This document shows positions 26,028 through 37,104 of a stretch of DNA of 64,000 nt, piece after piece. The translations under genes were made by a program, and so were the position numbers. Each line of letters opens with the position of its first letter. The stretch's first letter is position 1. The notes under the pieces were generated by a model. It was not told where the DNA came from. It ran no database searches and was given only the letters and a program-made list of their open reading frames with translations. The stretch covers positions 100,502,001-100,566,000 of the forward strand of contig NC_043005.1 in the NCBI RefSeq assembly GCF_006345805.1, given 5' to 3'. Source of the stretch: Octopus sinensis (lineage: Eukaryota).

Positions 26028-26352
26028 TTTTCAGACATAGAAGAATGTCACAAGTGAATTGTAACTAACGAGGAATAGTCTGAGATAAGTAGCTGCAGTA
26101 ATCATGTGAGGGAGCACTTTATGAATTGCAGGCATGGCTGGGTGGCTGGGTGGCTTTTTGGTTAAGAAGTTTATAGTGCAGGTATGGCTTGTATTAAGAA
26201 ATTTGCTTGGCAACTGTGAAGTTTTGAGTTCATTCTCATTGAGCGGCACTTTAGGGAAGTCATTTCTATTATAGCCTTGGGACAGATGGAAACTGTGTGG
26301 AAGCCTATTGTGAGAATGCGAGTGTTCTTCAATGATTGTTACATTTAATATC

Positions 26353-26954
26353 TATTTCTTTACTACCCACAAGGGGCTAAACACAGAGGCAACAAACGAG
26401 GACAGACAAACGGATTAAGTTGATTACATCGACACCAGTGCATAACTGGTACTTAATTTATTGACCCCGAAAGGATGAAAGGCAAAGTCGACCTCGGCAG
26501 AATTTGAACTCAGAACGCAGCGGCAGACGATATACCTATTTCTTTACTACCCACAAGGGGCTAAACACAGAGGGGACAAACAAGGACAGACAAACAGATT
26601 AAGTCAATTACATCGACCCCAGTCCGTAACTGGTACTTATTTAATCGACCCCGAAAGGATGAAAGGCAAAGTCAACCTTGGCGGAATTTGAACCCAGAAT
26701 GAAATGGCAGAAGAAATACCTATTTCTTTACTGCCCACAAGGGGCTAAACACAGAGAGGACAAACAAGGACAGACAAATGGATTAAGTTGACTACATCGA
26801 CTCCAGTGCATAACTGGTACTTAATTTATTGACCCTGAAAGGATGAAAGGCAAAGTCGACCTTGGTGGAATTTGAACTCAGAACGTAACGGCAGATGAAA
26901 TACGGCTACGCATTTTGCCCGGTGTGCTAACGGTTCTGCCAGCTCGCTGCCTTC
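26353..26954 (-). mobile_element. Family-A trimer (head + 3 units of about 183 bp)
   Basis: Junctions at 26535/26536 and 26719/26720; 15-bp TSD gttacatt(t/a)aatatc at 26338-26352 and 26955-26969. Confidence 0.92.
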
Positions 26955-27539
26955 GTTACATTAAATATCATCACTGTCTTGTTCGTGGGAGCCTTTGACT
27001 GAATCCAACTTGTTGCAAGTATTTGGGCAAGGTTTCAAAGCGGTAGATAATCTTCTCCCTACCTGATACGAGTCTCAGGAACCTTGACAATTCCTTAACA
27101 GGGTTTGAACTCAAGGCACAAAGAACCACAGCCAAATACCACAAGGCATTTTGTCCACTACTCTTCTGATTCTGTTGATCTACGATCTTGTTTTACCTAA
27201 ATTGTTACCCACTAATTTTATTCGCTGTTACATATTCTGGCATTTGTATATATCGATAAAATCTCATTCCCATTTACCGAATGTTTACTCACTGAGAAAA
27301 TATATCAAAAATGGTACATCATCAGTATATACAGGACTTATTGGTTATGGCAGCATTCTTTGCACGTAACTTTCCAGTGGTTACTTCTATACATCTTCTC
27401 TCATCTGCATTTGTAGATTTCTCCTTGATTTGTGTGCAGTAGTGTATGTGAGTGTATATTTGTAAATCAGTCAGTGTTTACATGCAAATGTACGAAGCCA
27501 TGCTTCACTATTTGCTTATGTGTGAATGTATGAGGGTAC

Positions 27540-27689
27540 ATGTATGAATGTATGTATGTAATAATGCATGTATGTATGTATGTATGTATGTATGTGTGTG
27601 TGTATGTATGTGTGTGTGTATGTGTGTGTGTGTGTGTGAATGTGTGGCTATATACAGAAACATACATGTCTGTGTCTGTTCATAAAAGA

Positions 27690-27744
<55 letters not shown>

Positions 27745-27753
27745 CAAACACAC

Positions 27754-27786
<33 letters not shown>

Positions 27787-27849
27787 CATACTCACAGACT
27801 CATATATACATCTGCATCTGTTTTTTCACAAATGTTGTATACCTATATA

Positions 27850-27905
<56 letters not shown>
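27540..27905. repeat. Compound (TATG)n/(TG)n/(TA)n/(CA)n microsatellite
   Basis: Directly visible. Confidence 0.9.
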
Positions 27906-27906
<1 letters not shown>

Positions 27907-28367
27907 TTATGTACATACAGAGATTATGAGTTGAATATAAATGTGTGTAGAGTAAAGTGTGTATAAACAAAGAGCATCCCACCCACTTCCTCACCCCGGC
28001 TTCCTATCCCATAAAACAAACAGAATCATCTATCTCAATATGCCATGCCATATTATCCAGCATACTCCGTTCTGTCAAACTGTTCAACCAATAGGAAATA
28101 GACAGCACACCAAAAATACAACGGAACTTTTACAATGTTCACATACTAATTTTCAATTGAAAATCTGTCAGAAGTGATTGACATTCCTGAGAAAACTTGG
28201 AAAATCACATTTTGAATTTAAATGTAAAAATACGAAGCATGCAAGAAAAAAAAAGACAAAAACAAACAAAAAAAAATATGTGAAATTATCACTGCTTAAA
28301 CTCATATCTAGTCACTGTGTAAATGGCAGAACTGAAACAAAAACAACAAAAAAAAAGAAAAGAAACA

Positions 28368-28411
<44 letters not shown>

Positions 28412-29499
28412 TAAAGAAGCTGAAATAACATAAATAAGAAACACAAGGAGTGGAATGATGATGATGATGATGGGGAGGAGGTGGAAGATCGGCATTGTGA
28501 TCGTAGTGATGATGAGAGGGTGGATGCTGCTGGTAGTGGTAATATGATGTTCATAAACAAATAAATAAATACAAATGCCTAATTTTCAATTTTGAGCAAA
28601 TTAAAAAGAATTTGAAGTGAAAAATCTAATTATATGATAACAAACAGGTTTTGTTGTAAGGTGTAGTATCAGAGTGGCTGCTGTTGCTATTGCATAGCAG
28701 TAGTAGTAGTATTAGTATTAGTAGTTGATTTTGTCTGCTTGATATTTATCTCTATGTTTTTGTTTGTGTTTGTAGCTGTCATAGAGAATGGAAGAGGAGG
28801 AGGAGGAGGTGCTGAAGAAGGGGAGAGGTGCAGCTGCAGTAACCAGCATGTGTGCATTGATATCAATTGTTTATATTAGATATGTGCCATCAATTTTAGT
28901 CAGAAATAAACTGATTTCAGCTGTAATCCAATGATTTGTTGATCATCTTTGATGGTCTTGAACTGTCTACACCTGCCCCTCCCCTCCACCATCATACGCT
29001 ACTGAAGAGACCGAAGATACGCTGTCTACCAGACACTCACTACTCTCTTCTTCCACTACCAACCACTACCACATGCATTCCTATGAATATACACAGCTCT
29101 TTTTCCACATGTGGTGTATAGTTTTAGTCCCTTTAAAATTCATGGCAGGTACAATGCTCTCCACCCCCATTTCACCTAAAGAGGTTTTGTCTTGCAATTT
29201 GCTTGGTGATCCTGTCAGTGCTGTTGCCACATATAAAGCACTGGTTATGGTACCACATAAAAAGCACTCCTGCTGGTACCATGTAGAATGAACTGCTGCT
29301 GGTGCCACATTAAATGCACTGGTGTTGATGCCACATAAAATTCACTGGCTGATCGTGACACCAACGCCTGCTTTGGAGCTGTTATTCTATATATTGCTGG
29401 TGGTGAGATTAATCTCTGCTATCTCTAATGGTCAACTGTCCATCACTGAGATGACCATGACCTAGTGGTCTCAAAATAGTAGGTATATGGATTTATCTC

Positions 29500-29805
29500 T
29501 CTTTACTCTATTACTCGTTTCAGTCATTTGACTGCGGCCATGCTGGAGCACCACCTTTTAGTCAAGCAAATCGACCCCAGAACTTATTCTTTGTAAACCT
29601 AGTACTTATTCTATCGGTGTCTTTTGCTGAACAGCTAAGTTACGGGGATGTAAACACACCAGCATCAGTTGTCAAGCAATGTTGGGGGGACGCTTCTTTC
29701 AGTTTCTGCCTACCAAATCCACCCACAAGGCTTTGGTCAGCCCGAGGCTATAGTAGAAGACACTTGCTCAAGGTGCCACACAGTGGGACTGAACCCAGAA
29801 CCCCT
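29500..29805 (-). mobile_element. SINE family B lacking the internal microsatellite block
   Basis: gttggggggac is joined directly to gcttctttcag near 29690; other copies carry the microsatellite block here. Confidence 0.8.
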
Positions 29806-29929
29806 ACAAGTGACATAAACATTTTAGACCAAAAGCCACTATGAGAGTATCTCTCATAGTATCTACCACAGTATAGTTTGTTCTTATAGAACAACCACGT
29901 TTAAGTGGGAATAAATATTACCTCTCAGT

Positions 29930-30210
29930 ATATATACTGCCTCTGTTGCTGGGATCACCACCACTTTGTTATCTCCCCTTCTCCCTAGCTCTCCTGTGTG
30001 ACCTTCTGTCCGTCCAGCGTTCACCATGATAGATTGCTAGCCACTACACATTTTTTATTTTCTCTCCTTGTTTCTTCCTGTGTTCCTTTCTGTGGAAGAG
30101 CGTAGGCTCGAAACGTTAAAGACTTCTTCACTTCCCGAGTATTACACTAATACATCTCTTTGTTGTCTACGCCAACTGTCTTCATCTTTAGTTTTTTTTG
30201 TGAATTCTCC
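29930..30210 (+). mobile_element. Penelope-like terminal-repeat family with hammerhead-like motif
   Basis: ttctgtggaagagcgtaggctcgaaacg...ctaatacatc; homologues at 32475-32645 (minus) and 57090-57225 (plus). PLE assignment is inference. Confidence 0.55.
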
Positions 30211-30569
30211 CCATATATATAATATATATCTATTTGGTGGCAGCAGCAACAGCAACAGCAGCTTTTTACTTCACTTCATTTCATAGGGACAAGGGAGGGA
30301 GATAGAAAAAAAAAGAAGAAAAGAGATAACAAGGAGAAGGGGAGAGAATAGAGAGAAATCCGGTATTGGTGACGGGGGTGGGTGTGGGCAGGCGCAAAGC
30401 AAACAAGGGTCGGTCAGAATTAAGCAAGGGTAGAAGCGAGTAATTTACTTAACAAAATTCTAAGAGATGGAGCTAAAACTATCCATTGAGTGGTCATTGA
30501 AAATGGTTAGCTTACAGAAGAGAAACAACAGCAACAAGTTGTCAGTAATGAAAACATTTAAGGCAACTA

Positions 30570-31076
30570 AAGATGTCCTCAAGCAAGCAGGAATACCAAG
30601 CATGTTTGCACTCCTCACACAAAGACGTACGAGATGGCTTGGGCATGTTAGCCGTATGAAAGATGGCAGAATCCCCAAGGACATACTCTACGGAGAGCTT
30701 GCCAGGGGTACTAGGTCTGTGGGTAGACCGCTCTTACGTTACACGGATGTTTGCATAAGGGACATGAAGGCCTGCAACATCAATATTAGCAGTTGGGAAT
30801 CAGTTGCCGGCAACCGTGGAGATTGGCGACGTACCGTAAAAGAGGGAACACAAAGGAGTGACAGAGAGAGAGGGGAGAAATGGAAAAACAAGAAAAGACG
30901 TGAACAAGAAAGCATGGCATCACAACCAGCCAGGAACAGTCTTCGCTACATTTGCGGTACCTGCCAGAGGGAGTGTTTGTCCAGCAGGAAATGTATCAGG
31001 ACATGAGATGTAAAAGCCGACTAGACTATTTTATGCGCAACTCCATTGTCTCCCGAGACAAAAAGGATGCCAACAA
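30570..31076 (+). mobile_element. RTE-clade LINE 3' fragment (post-RT C-terminal region + 3' UTR)
   Basis: ORF 30467-31006 contains RRTRWLGHVSRMKDGRIPKDILYGEL...GRPLLRYTD...DMK...W, a CxxC remnant (YICGTC), and 3' end ccattgtctcccgagacaaaaggatgccaacaa. Confidence 0.92.
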
Positions 31077-31606
31077 TCTATTTGGTATTGACCGTTGCAC
31101 AAAAATGAGTGCTCAGTGCCATAGATGAGATTAGCAATATAGTTTATTTTGATCAAGTCAGTCTCTTGTTATTCTGTGTTTTGCCAGTGGGTTGCATAAG
31201 ATCTTCGGGCAAGTTATAACTCAGATAAGTTATGTCGAAACTTGCATGAAGACCCTATGCACCTGCAGGCAAAACTCCGTGCAGCAAGAGACTAACAAAC
31301 ATATACAAACATGCGCACATGCACACATACACACACAAACACACACACACACACACACAAAGAAAGTAAGAAATAGGAGATATAGCATTTAATATAAATT
31401 TATTATTTGCAAAATTCATTCTTCTGAATGATTATAAACCATGGTTTTTATATATAAATCTATTGTTTTATGGATATTATTATTCACAACAAATATTAGG
31501 CATTAAACCATCAATTCATTGGATGATACTATCCCTTAATGAGGCCAATTTAACCTCTAATTGAATGTTGATATATATATATATATATATAATATATATA
31601 TATATA

Positions 31607-32015
31607 TATTTCTTTATTGCCCACAAGGGGCTAAACATAGAGAGGACAAACAAGGACAGACAAAGGGATTAAGTCGATTACATCAACCCTAGTGATTAAC
31701 TGGCACTTATTTAATCGACTCCAAAAGGATGAAAGGCAAAGTCGACCTTGGCGGAATTTAAACTCAGAAAGTAATGGCAGATGAAATACCTATTTCTTTA
31801 CTACCCACAAGGAGCTAAACACAGAGAGGACAAACAAGGACAGACAAATGGATTAAGTTGATTACATCGACCACAGTGCGTAACTGGTACTTATTTAATC
31901 GACCCCGAAAGGATGAAAGGCAAAGTCGACCTCGGCGGAAATTGAACTCAGAATGTAACAGCAGACGAAATACCGCAAGGTATTTCGCCCAGTGTGCTAA
32001 CATTTCTACCAGCTT
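31607..32015 (-). mobile_element. Family-A dimer, tail type 1
   Basis: Junction gatgaaatac|ctatttc at 31789/31790; sits in a (TA)n context. Confidence 0.88.
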
Positions 32016-32189
32016 ACCATATGTGAGATATATATATGTGGATATATATATATCCACATGCATCATCATCATTGTCATCGTTTTATGTCTGCTTTCCATG
32101 CTAATATGCATTGGATGGGTCATCACCGTTTGAGTATAGGATCATGTTAAGCTCAAATGTTTCATTTTAGCCTGTGGTAACAGAATGCA

Positions 32190-32385
32190 GAAAGAATTGA
32201 CTAAACAGAACAAGAAGAGACGCATGAGATGGAGAGTCTCTGAAGAGGTCACAGGATGTGTGACAAAAGATTTCAGGCAAAGGATACTAAAATAAGAATA
32301 AGGATAAGGCTGAATTGAAGACCAAGTGTATAGTGCATGGGGTTAATTGACAAAAAACAAGGAATAACTATCCTCAAATATAACA
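32190..32385 (+). mobile_element. Single arm of the repeat that forms the 44070-44474 palindrome
   Basis: ctgaagaggtcacaggatgtgtgacaaaagatttc and tatagtgca blocks shared with 44324-44474. Confidence 0.65.
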
Positions 32386-32428
32386 GTGTGTATGTGTGTG
32401 TGTGTGTATCTATCTATCTATCTATCCA

Positions 32429-32471
<43 letters not shown>

Positions 32472-32474
32472 TGA

Positions 32475-32645
32475 GATTTTACAAAAAGCAAAAGATGAAG
32501 ATGGGTGTGTAAACAACAAACAGATGTATTAGTTTAATGCTTGGGAAGTGAGAAAGTCTTTTACATTTCGAGCCTATGCTCTTCAACAGAAAGGAACAGA
32601 GAAATAAACAGGGAGAGAAAATAGAAAAAGGTTTAGTGGCAAGGA
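32475..32645 (-). mobile_element. Penelope-like terminal-repeat copy
   Basis: Minus strand ttctgttgaagagcataggctcgaaatg...ctaatacatctg. Confidence 0.6.
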
Positions 32646-33726
32646 TGAGTAGTTGGGATTTTTCAAGCACTAGTTATCACTATTTAACATTTAGAACACC
32701 CTTCTTTGAAGCTAATCATGTCACCTAGTTAACAGAAAGCCATAAACTGCTTCTAGAAACATTTGTATGTCCTATACTAGGACTTTATACTACACAATCA
32801 CACACACACACACACACACATACAAACACTAATATTTCCTCTGTTGCTACAACGTTAGAATTATCTGGCACAAGCTCAGTGCAACTAAACACTAATATGA
32901 TGCCAGTCTGATAGGCATTATTTTCTTCTAGTATTCATAAACTATATACTATGTGGCCATTCACTATTTATCTAACCAGTTAAAGAAACTTAATATTGTG
33001 ATTAGAAGACAAGTTCTTAGACTGCATTATCCAATAATTCCAGGCTTGTACTAATGGCATTATGTATTTTAAAATTTATTAACAATAATTTGGGATTATA
33101 GCTTTTAAATACCTAAATAAAATATAGCAAAGACCGTTAAGAATCTTTTAACGATATTAGAATTGTGTGATCTTGAAATTTCAGAAGCAATGTTAAGGAT
33201 AACAAGTTAAGATGTTACAAGTAATAACATCATCAGTAATTATAAATATTAAGAGAATAATAAAAATTAATGGGGTGGGGGTGGGGGGCTGTGGAGTAGT
33301 TTAGTCGTTGGACATATTGCAACATAATAGCCAACATCCATTTAGATATTTGGAATTACCCCTAGATGGACTTTTATAAGCGGATATTCTGAGCTGCAGA
33401 AAATAGATTAGTTGTCAACACACTTCCAGTGAGATATATTATTAATGCGGAGAATCAGATTACCATTTTCTGTCAGTTGTAAATATCAAAGTTTAAAAAG
33501 ACAGTCAATGTGATAATGAGAATTTGCTCAATTTTAGTAGCACCCACACTTTCATTGACCCCACCACAACCTCACTCCCACTGAGTCAACAACTAACTTT
33601 CCTCCTCACAACCTCATGCAACCTCCCACTCTCCTCATGCACTGCAACTGCCTCTCTCTTCCCTACTCATTCCTGCAACCTGCCCAACTTCATCCCACTC
33701 TCTTCCTGCTCATGTCAGCCTTTTTA

Positions 33727-34290
33727 TTGGGTTGTCCGGAAAGCTTGCGTCGATTTTTAAAGGAAAGGAAAAGGTCAATAAATACTTGTCATTACATTTT
33801 TAATCAACCAAATACAAACCATTTTTTGCACAATGCATCTCCATCTTTCCTTTAACTTGAAAATACCCTCTTCCCAGAATTGAGGTGGTTTCATGGCAAA
33901 GAATTCATCAAGGTATTTTTTTACGTAATTGAAGGAATTGAAATTTTTACCATTAAGACTATTCTGCAGAGACCTGAATAAGTGGAAATCCGAAGGAGCA
34001 ATATCTGGTGAATATGGAGGGTGGGGTAACACATCCTAGCCGAGCTGCAGCAATTTTTGTCTGGTTCCCAAAGCATCAAGTACCGAAAATGAACTTTCTT
34101 ATCTTCCATTTTAAAGGCTTACAGAATTAACACAGGTTATAGGAACACAAACCTTCTTCCACGAAAAGATAGCTTAAACTGTACTGTAAATGGAGGTGTA
34201 GTCAAATCCTATTTTATGAACTCAACCATGTTCTAAAATAAGTCAAAAGGTAAGCTACTATCATCGGCACAAACTTTCCGGACAACCCAA
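33727..34290 (-). mobile_element. Mariner (DD34D-type) internally deleted non-autonomous element, 564 bp
   Basis: TA on both sides; about 28-bp TIRs ttgggttgtccggaaag(c/t)ttg(c/t)g(t/c)cgat; MEDKKVHFRYLMLWE fused to RQKLLQLG*DVLPHPPYSPDIAPSDFHLFRSLQNSL. Confidence 0.95.
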
Positions 34291-34834
34291 TAAAATTAGT
34301 AGTCTGATGTTCATCACTGTCAGTAAACTCCAACCTCCTCCTCCTGATCACTCTAGCTCCACTAAATCACTCCTACCCTCACTTCTAAAATGGGAGTAGT
34401 CATGTAGCTCCTTCTGCACTGGCTCCTTTTCTCAAACTTCTTCCTCCTTTTATCTCTCATCTCCTAATAAAAAGGTGCCCCTTCTGGGTTCATAATCTTT
34501 CAAACTGCATGACAGCTTCACTAGTGTCAGTGACATGAAAAAAAGGCACCCAATACAAACTGTAAAAGGAGTTGGCATTAAGAAGGGCATCCAACTGTAG
34601 ACAACGTGCCACAGCAGTGAGTGGAACATGATGCAGTCCTTAGACATGTGGGATTTTATCAACCCATTCAGCAACCCATTCCAGCTTGGAACATGGATGT
34701 TAAATGATGGAAGGTGGCAGATATATTAAGTTATGTGGAATGTAACAAATAACCCCATCCGAATGGAAAGGACACAGACATATGCGTCCAAGGAGGAATA
34801 AATCCTAATATTGATGGATTTCTTAATATTCATT

Positions 34835-35222
34835 ACTCTTTACTCTTTTGCTTGTTTCAGTCATTTGACTATGGCCATGCTGGAGCACTGCCTTTAGTAA
34901 AGCAAATCGACCCCAGGACTTATTCTTTGTAAGCCTAGTACTTATTCTATCAGTCTCTTTTGCCGAACTGCTAAGTTACGGGAACGTAAACACACCAGCA
35001 TCGGTTGTCAAGAGATGTTGGGGGGACAAACACAGACACGCACATATATATTAATATACGATAGGCTTCTTTCAGATTCCGTCTACCAAATCCACTCACA
35101 AGGCTTTGGTTGGCTTGAGGCTATAGTAGAAGACACTTGCCCAAGGTGCCATGCAGTGGGACTGAACCCGGAACCATGTGGTTCATAAGCAAGCTACTTA
35201 CCACACAGCCCCTCCTACACCT
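34835..35222 (-). mobile_element. SINE family B
   Basis: Full-length match with a short internal microsatellite. Confidence 0.88.
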
Positions 35223-35273
35223 AGAGTTAAGTTTTTCAAAAAAATCAGTTTTAAATATGAGAAAACTAATTAA

Positions 35274-35484
35274 GGTGATGAGTTGGCAGAATCATTAGCA
35301 TGCAGGTAAAATGCTCAGAGGCATTTCCTTTGTCTTTACATTCCGAGTTCAAATGCCACCTAAGTTGACTTTGCCTTTAATCCATTTAGGGTTGATAAAA
35401 TAAGTACCAGTTGAGCATTGGGATCAAAGTAATTGACTAGCTCACTTCCCTGAAATTCCTGGCCTTGTGCCAAAATTTGAAATC
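35274..35484 (+). mobile_element. SINE family A monomer, tail type 2
   Basis: 20-bp TSD aatatgagaaaa(c/a)taattaa at 35254-35273 and 35485-35504. Confidence 0.9.
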
Positions 35485-35524
35485 AATATGAGAAAAATAA
35501 TTAACATTATAGTAATTTGTTTGT

Positions 35525-35790
35525 TCCTTCTCGAGCCCTGCCTGGCTCATAAGGGCCAGTTTCCCAGTTTCCTTGGCGTATAGGTTCCCCACCTGGACGG
35601 GACGCCGGTCCATTGCAAGTGAGCTGCAAGATGCAGGAGGAAAGAGTGAGAGAAAGTTGTGGCAAAAGGGTCGGCAGAAGTTCGCCATTACCTTCTGCCT
35701 GAGCCACGTGGAACTTAGATGTTTCGCTCATAAACACCCACGATCCCTCGACCATGAGTCTGCTGCTCTAACTACTAGGCCATGTGCCTC
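35525..35790 (-). mobile_element. Family-F-headed SINE with a V-domain-like 3' module
   Basis: Minus strand tggcctagtagttagagcag head, gcgaaacatctaagttccac (F body), then tgcaatggaccggcgtcccgtccagg...gaaactgggaaactggccc. Confidence 0.7.
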
Positions 35791-36189
35791 CACAACTTTA
35801 TAGTAAGAGTCATAACAATTGTTTGTAGAAATGTCTTGGAGAGATTGGTCAAAGATATTTAACGGTAAATAATGTATCAGAAATGCGAAGCAAAGTGGTG
35901 GAAAAAGAGCAAGGAACCAATTTAGAAAGTTATTCTTGAGAAATCTTCAACTGTATCAAGAGATTCAGTAAGGAAGAAAAAGGAATGCCAAGAGTTTTAT
36001 ATGAAATACAAATAATGTTGCTTTATTTGGTAAAATGAAGTAAGGAAGGCCAGACAAGTCAAGTATTTTTGGAGAAATTCTTAGTTTGCCAATAATTCAG
36101 TGTCAAACATGTTGGAAAAACATTAGCAAAAAAAGAAAAAAAGAAATAATTGGCAAATGAGTTCAAATTCAACATATTTTTTTAATTTC

Positions 36190-36605
36190 TTTATACTATA
36201 GGTAGAAGACCTGAAATTTTAGGGAAGGTCTCTGGTCAGTTACTTCAGTCCCAGAACTAGACTGGTACTTGTTTTATCAATGCCGCAAGAACTTGAACTC
36301 AAAACATAAAGTCAAACGAAATACCATTTTGCATCTTCTCCAGTGTGCTTATTGTTTCATCAGTTCAAATACAGAATATTATTTTTGTTTTTCTATTCTA
36401 GGCACAAGGGCTGAAATTTCTGGGAAGTGAGGGGACAGTCAATTAGATCAAACCAGTACACAACTGGTACTTAATTTATCAACCCTGAAAGGATGAAAAG
36501 CAAAGTCGCCCTTGGTGGAATATGAACTCAGGATATAAAAACAGATGCAATACCACCAAGCGTTTTCCCCCCAGCATGCTAATGCTTCTGCCAGCTCGCT
36601 GCCTT
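36190..36605 (-). mobile_element. Two adjacent family-A copies, tail type 2 (first decayed)
   Basis: cctgaaatttt...actggtactt...gaactca repeated at about 36190-36350 and 36395-36605. Confidence 0.7.
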
Positions 36606-37104
36606 ACAAATACAATATATTACAGCAGATAAGACACAAATAAAAAAAAAATGTATCAAAACAGTTTAGGAACCCAAATCTTGCAGTCAACCATAAATTT
36701 CAGGAATTCTATGTTGGAAGATGTATCATGTGAAGAGCAGCTCACTTTAACTATAACAAGTCAAATTCTAATTAATTTTAATTTACCCTGAAGAACTGGT
36801 TGGTCTCTTTAACTCCTATGTAGAAGATTAGTTGGTACTAAGAATACTATCTCTAATTTATGCAATCCATCTTTAGAATGTATCCAGGAATGCAACAAGT
36901 GTTAAATTTTGGGATATCTATATGACCTCAAACTGGATAAAAGTTGTTCATCTATAGAAGAATAGTTACAGTGGTTATGTCCCCAAACTTGAACATGATC
37001 CCAGAGTGGGCTAAAACTTACCCACTTTAGAATATATATTTACAGTTGTTATATCTTTGAATACTCTTTAAATTCTTTCACTTGTTTCAGTCATTTGACT
37101 GTGG

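Noticed and set aside
30467-31006. 179-aa ORF as a host gene
   Set aside because: Motifs and 3' end are those of a 5'-truncated RTE LINE; the first ~35 codons are flank.
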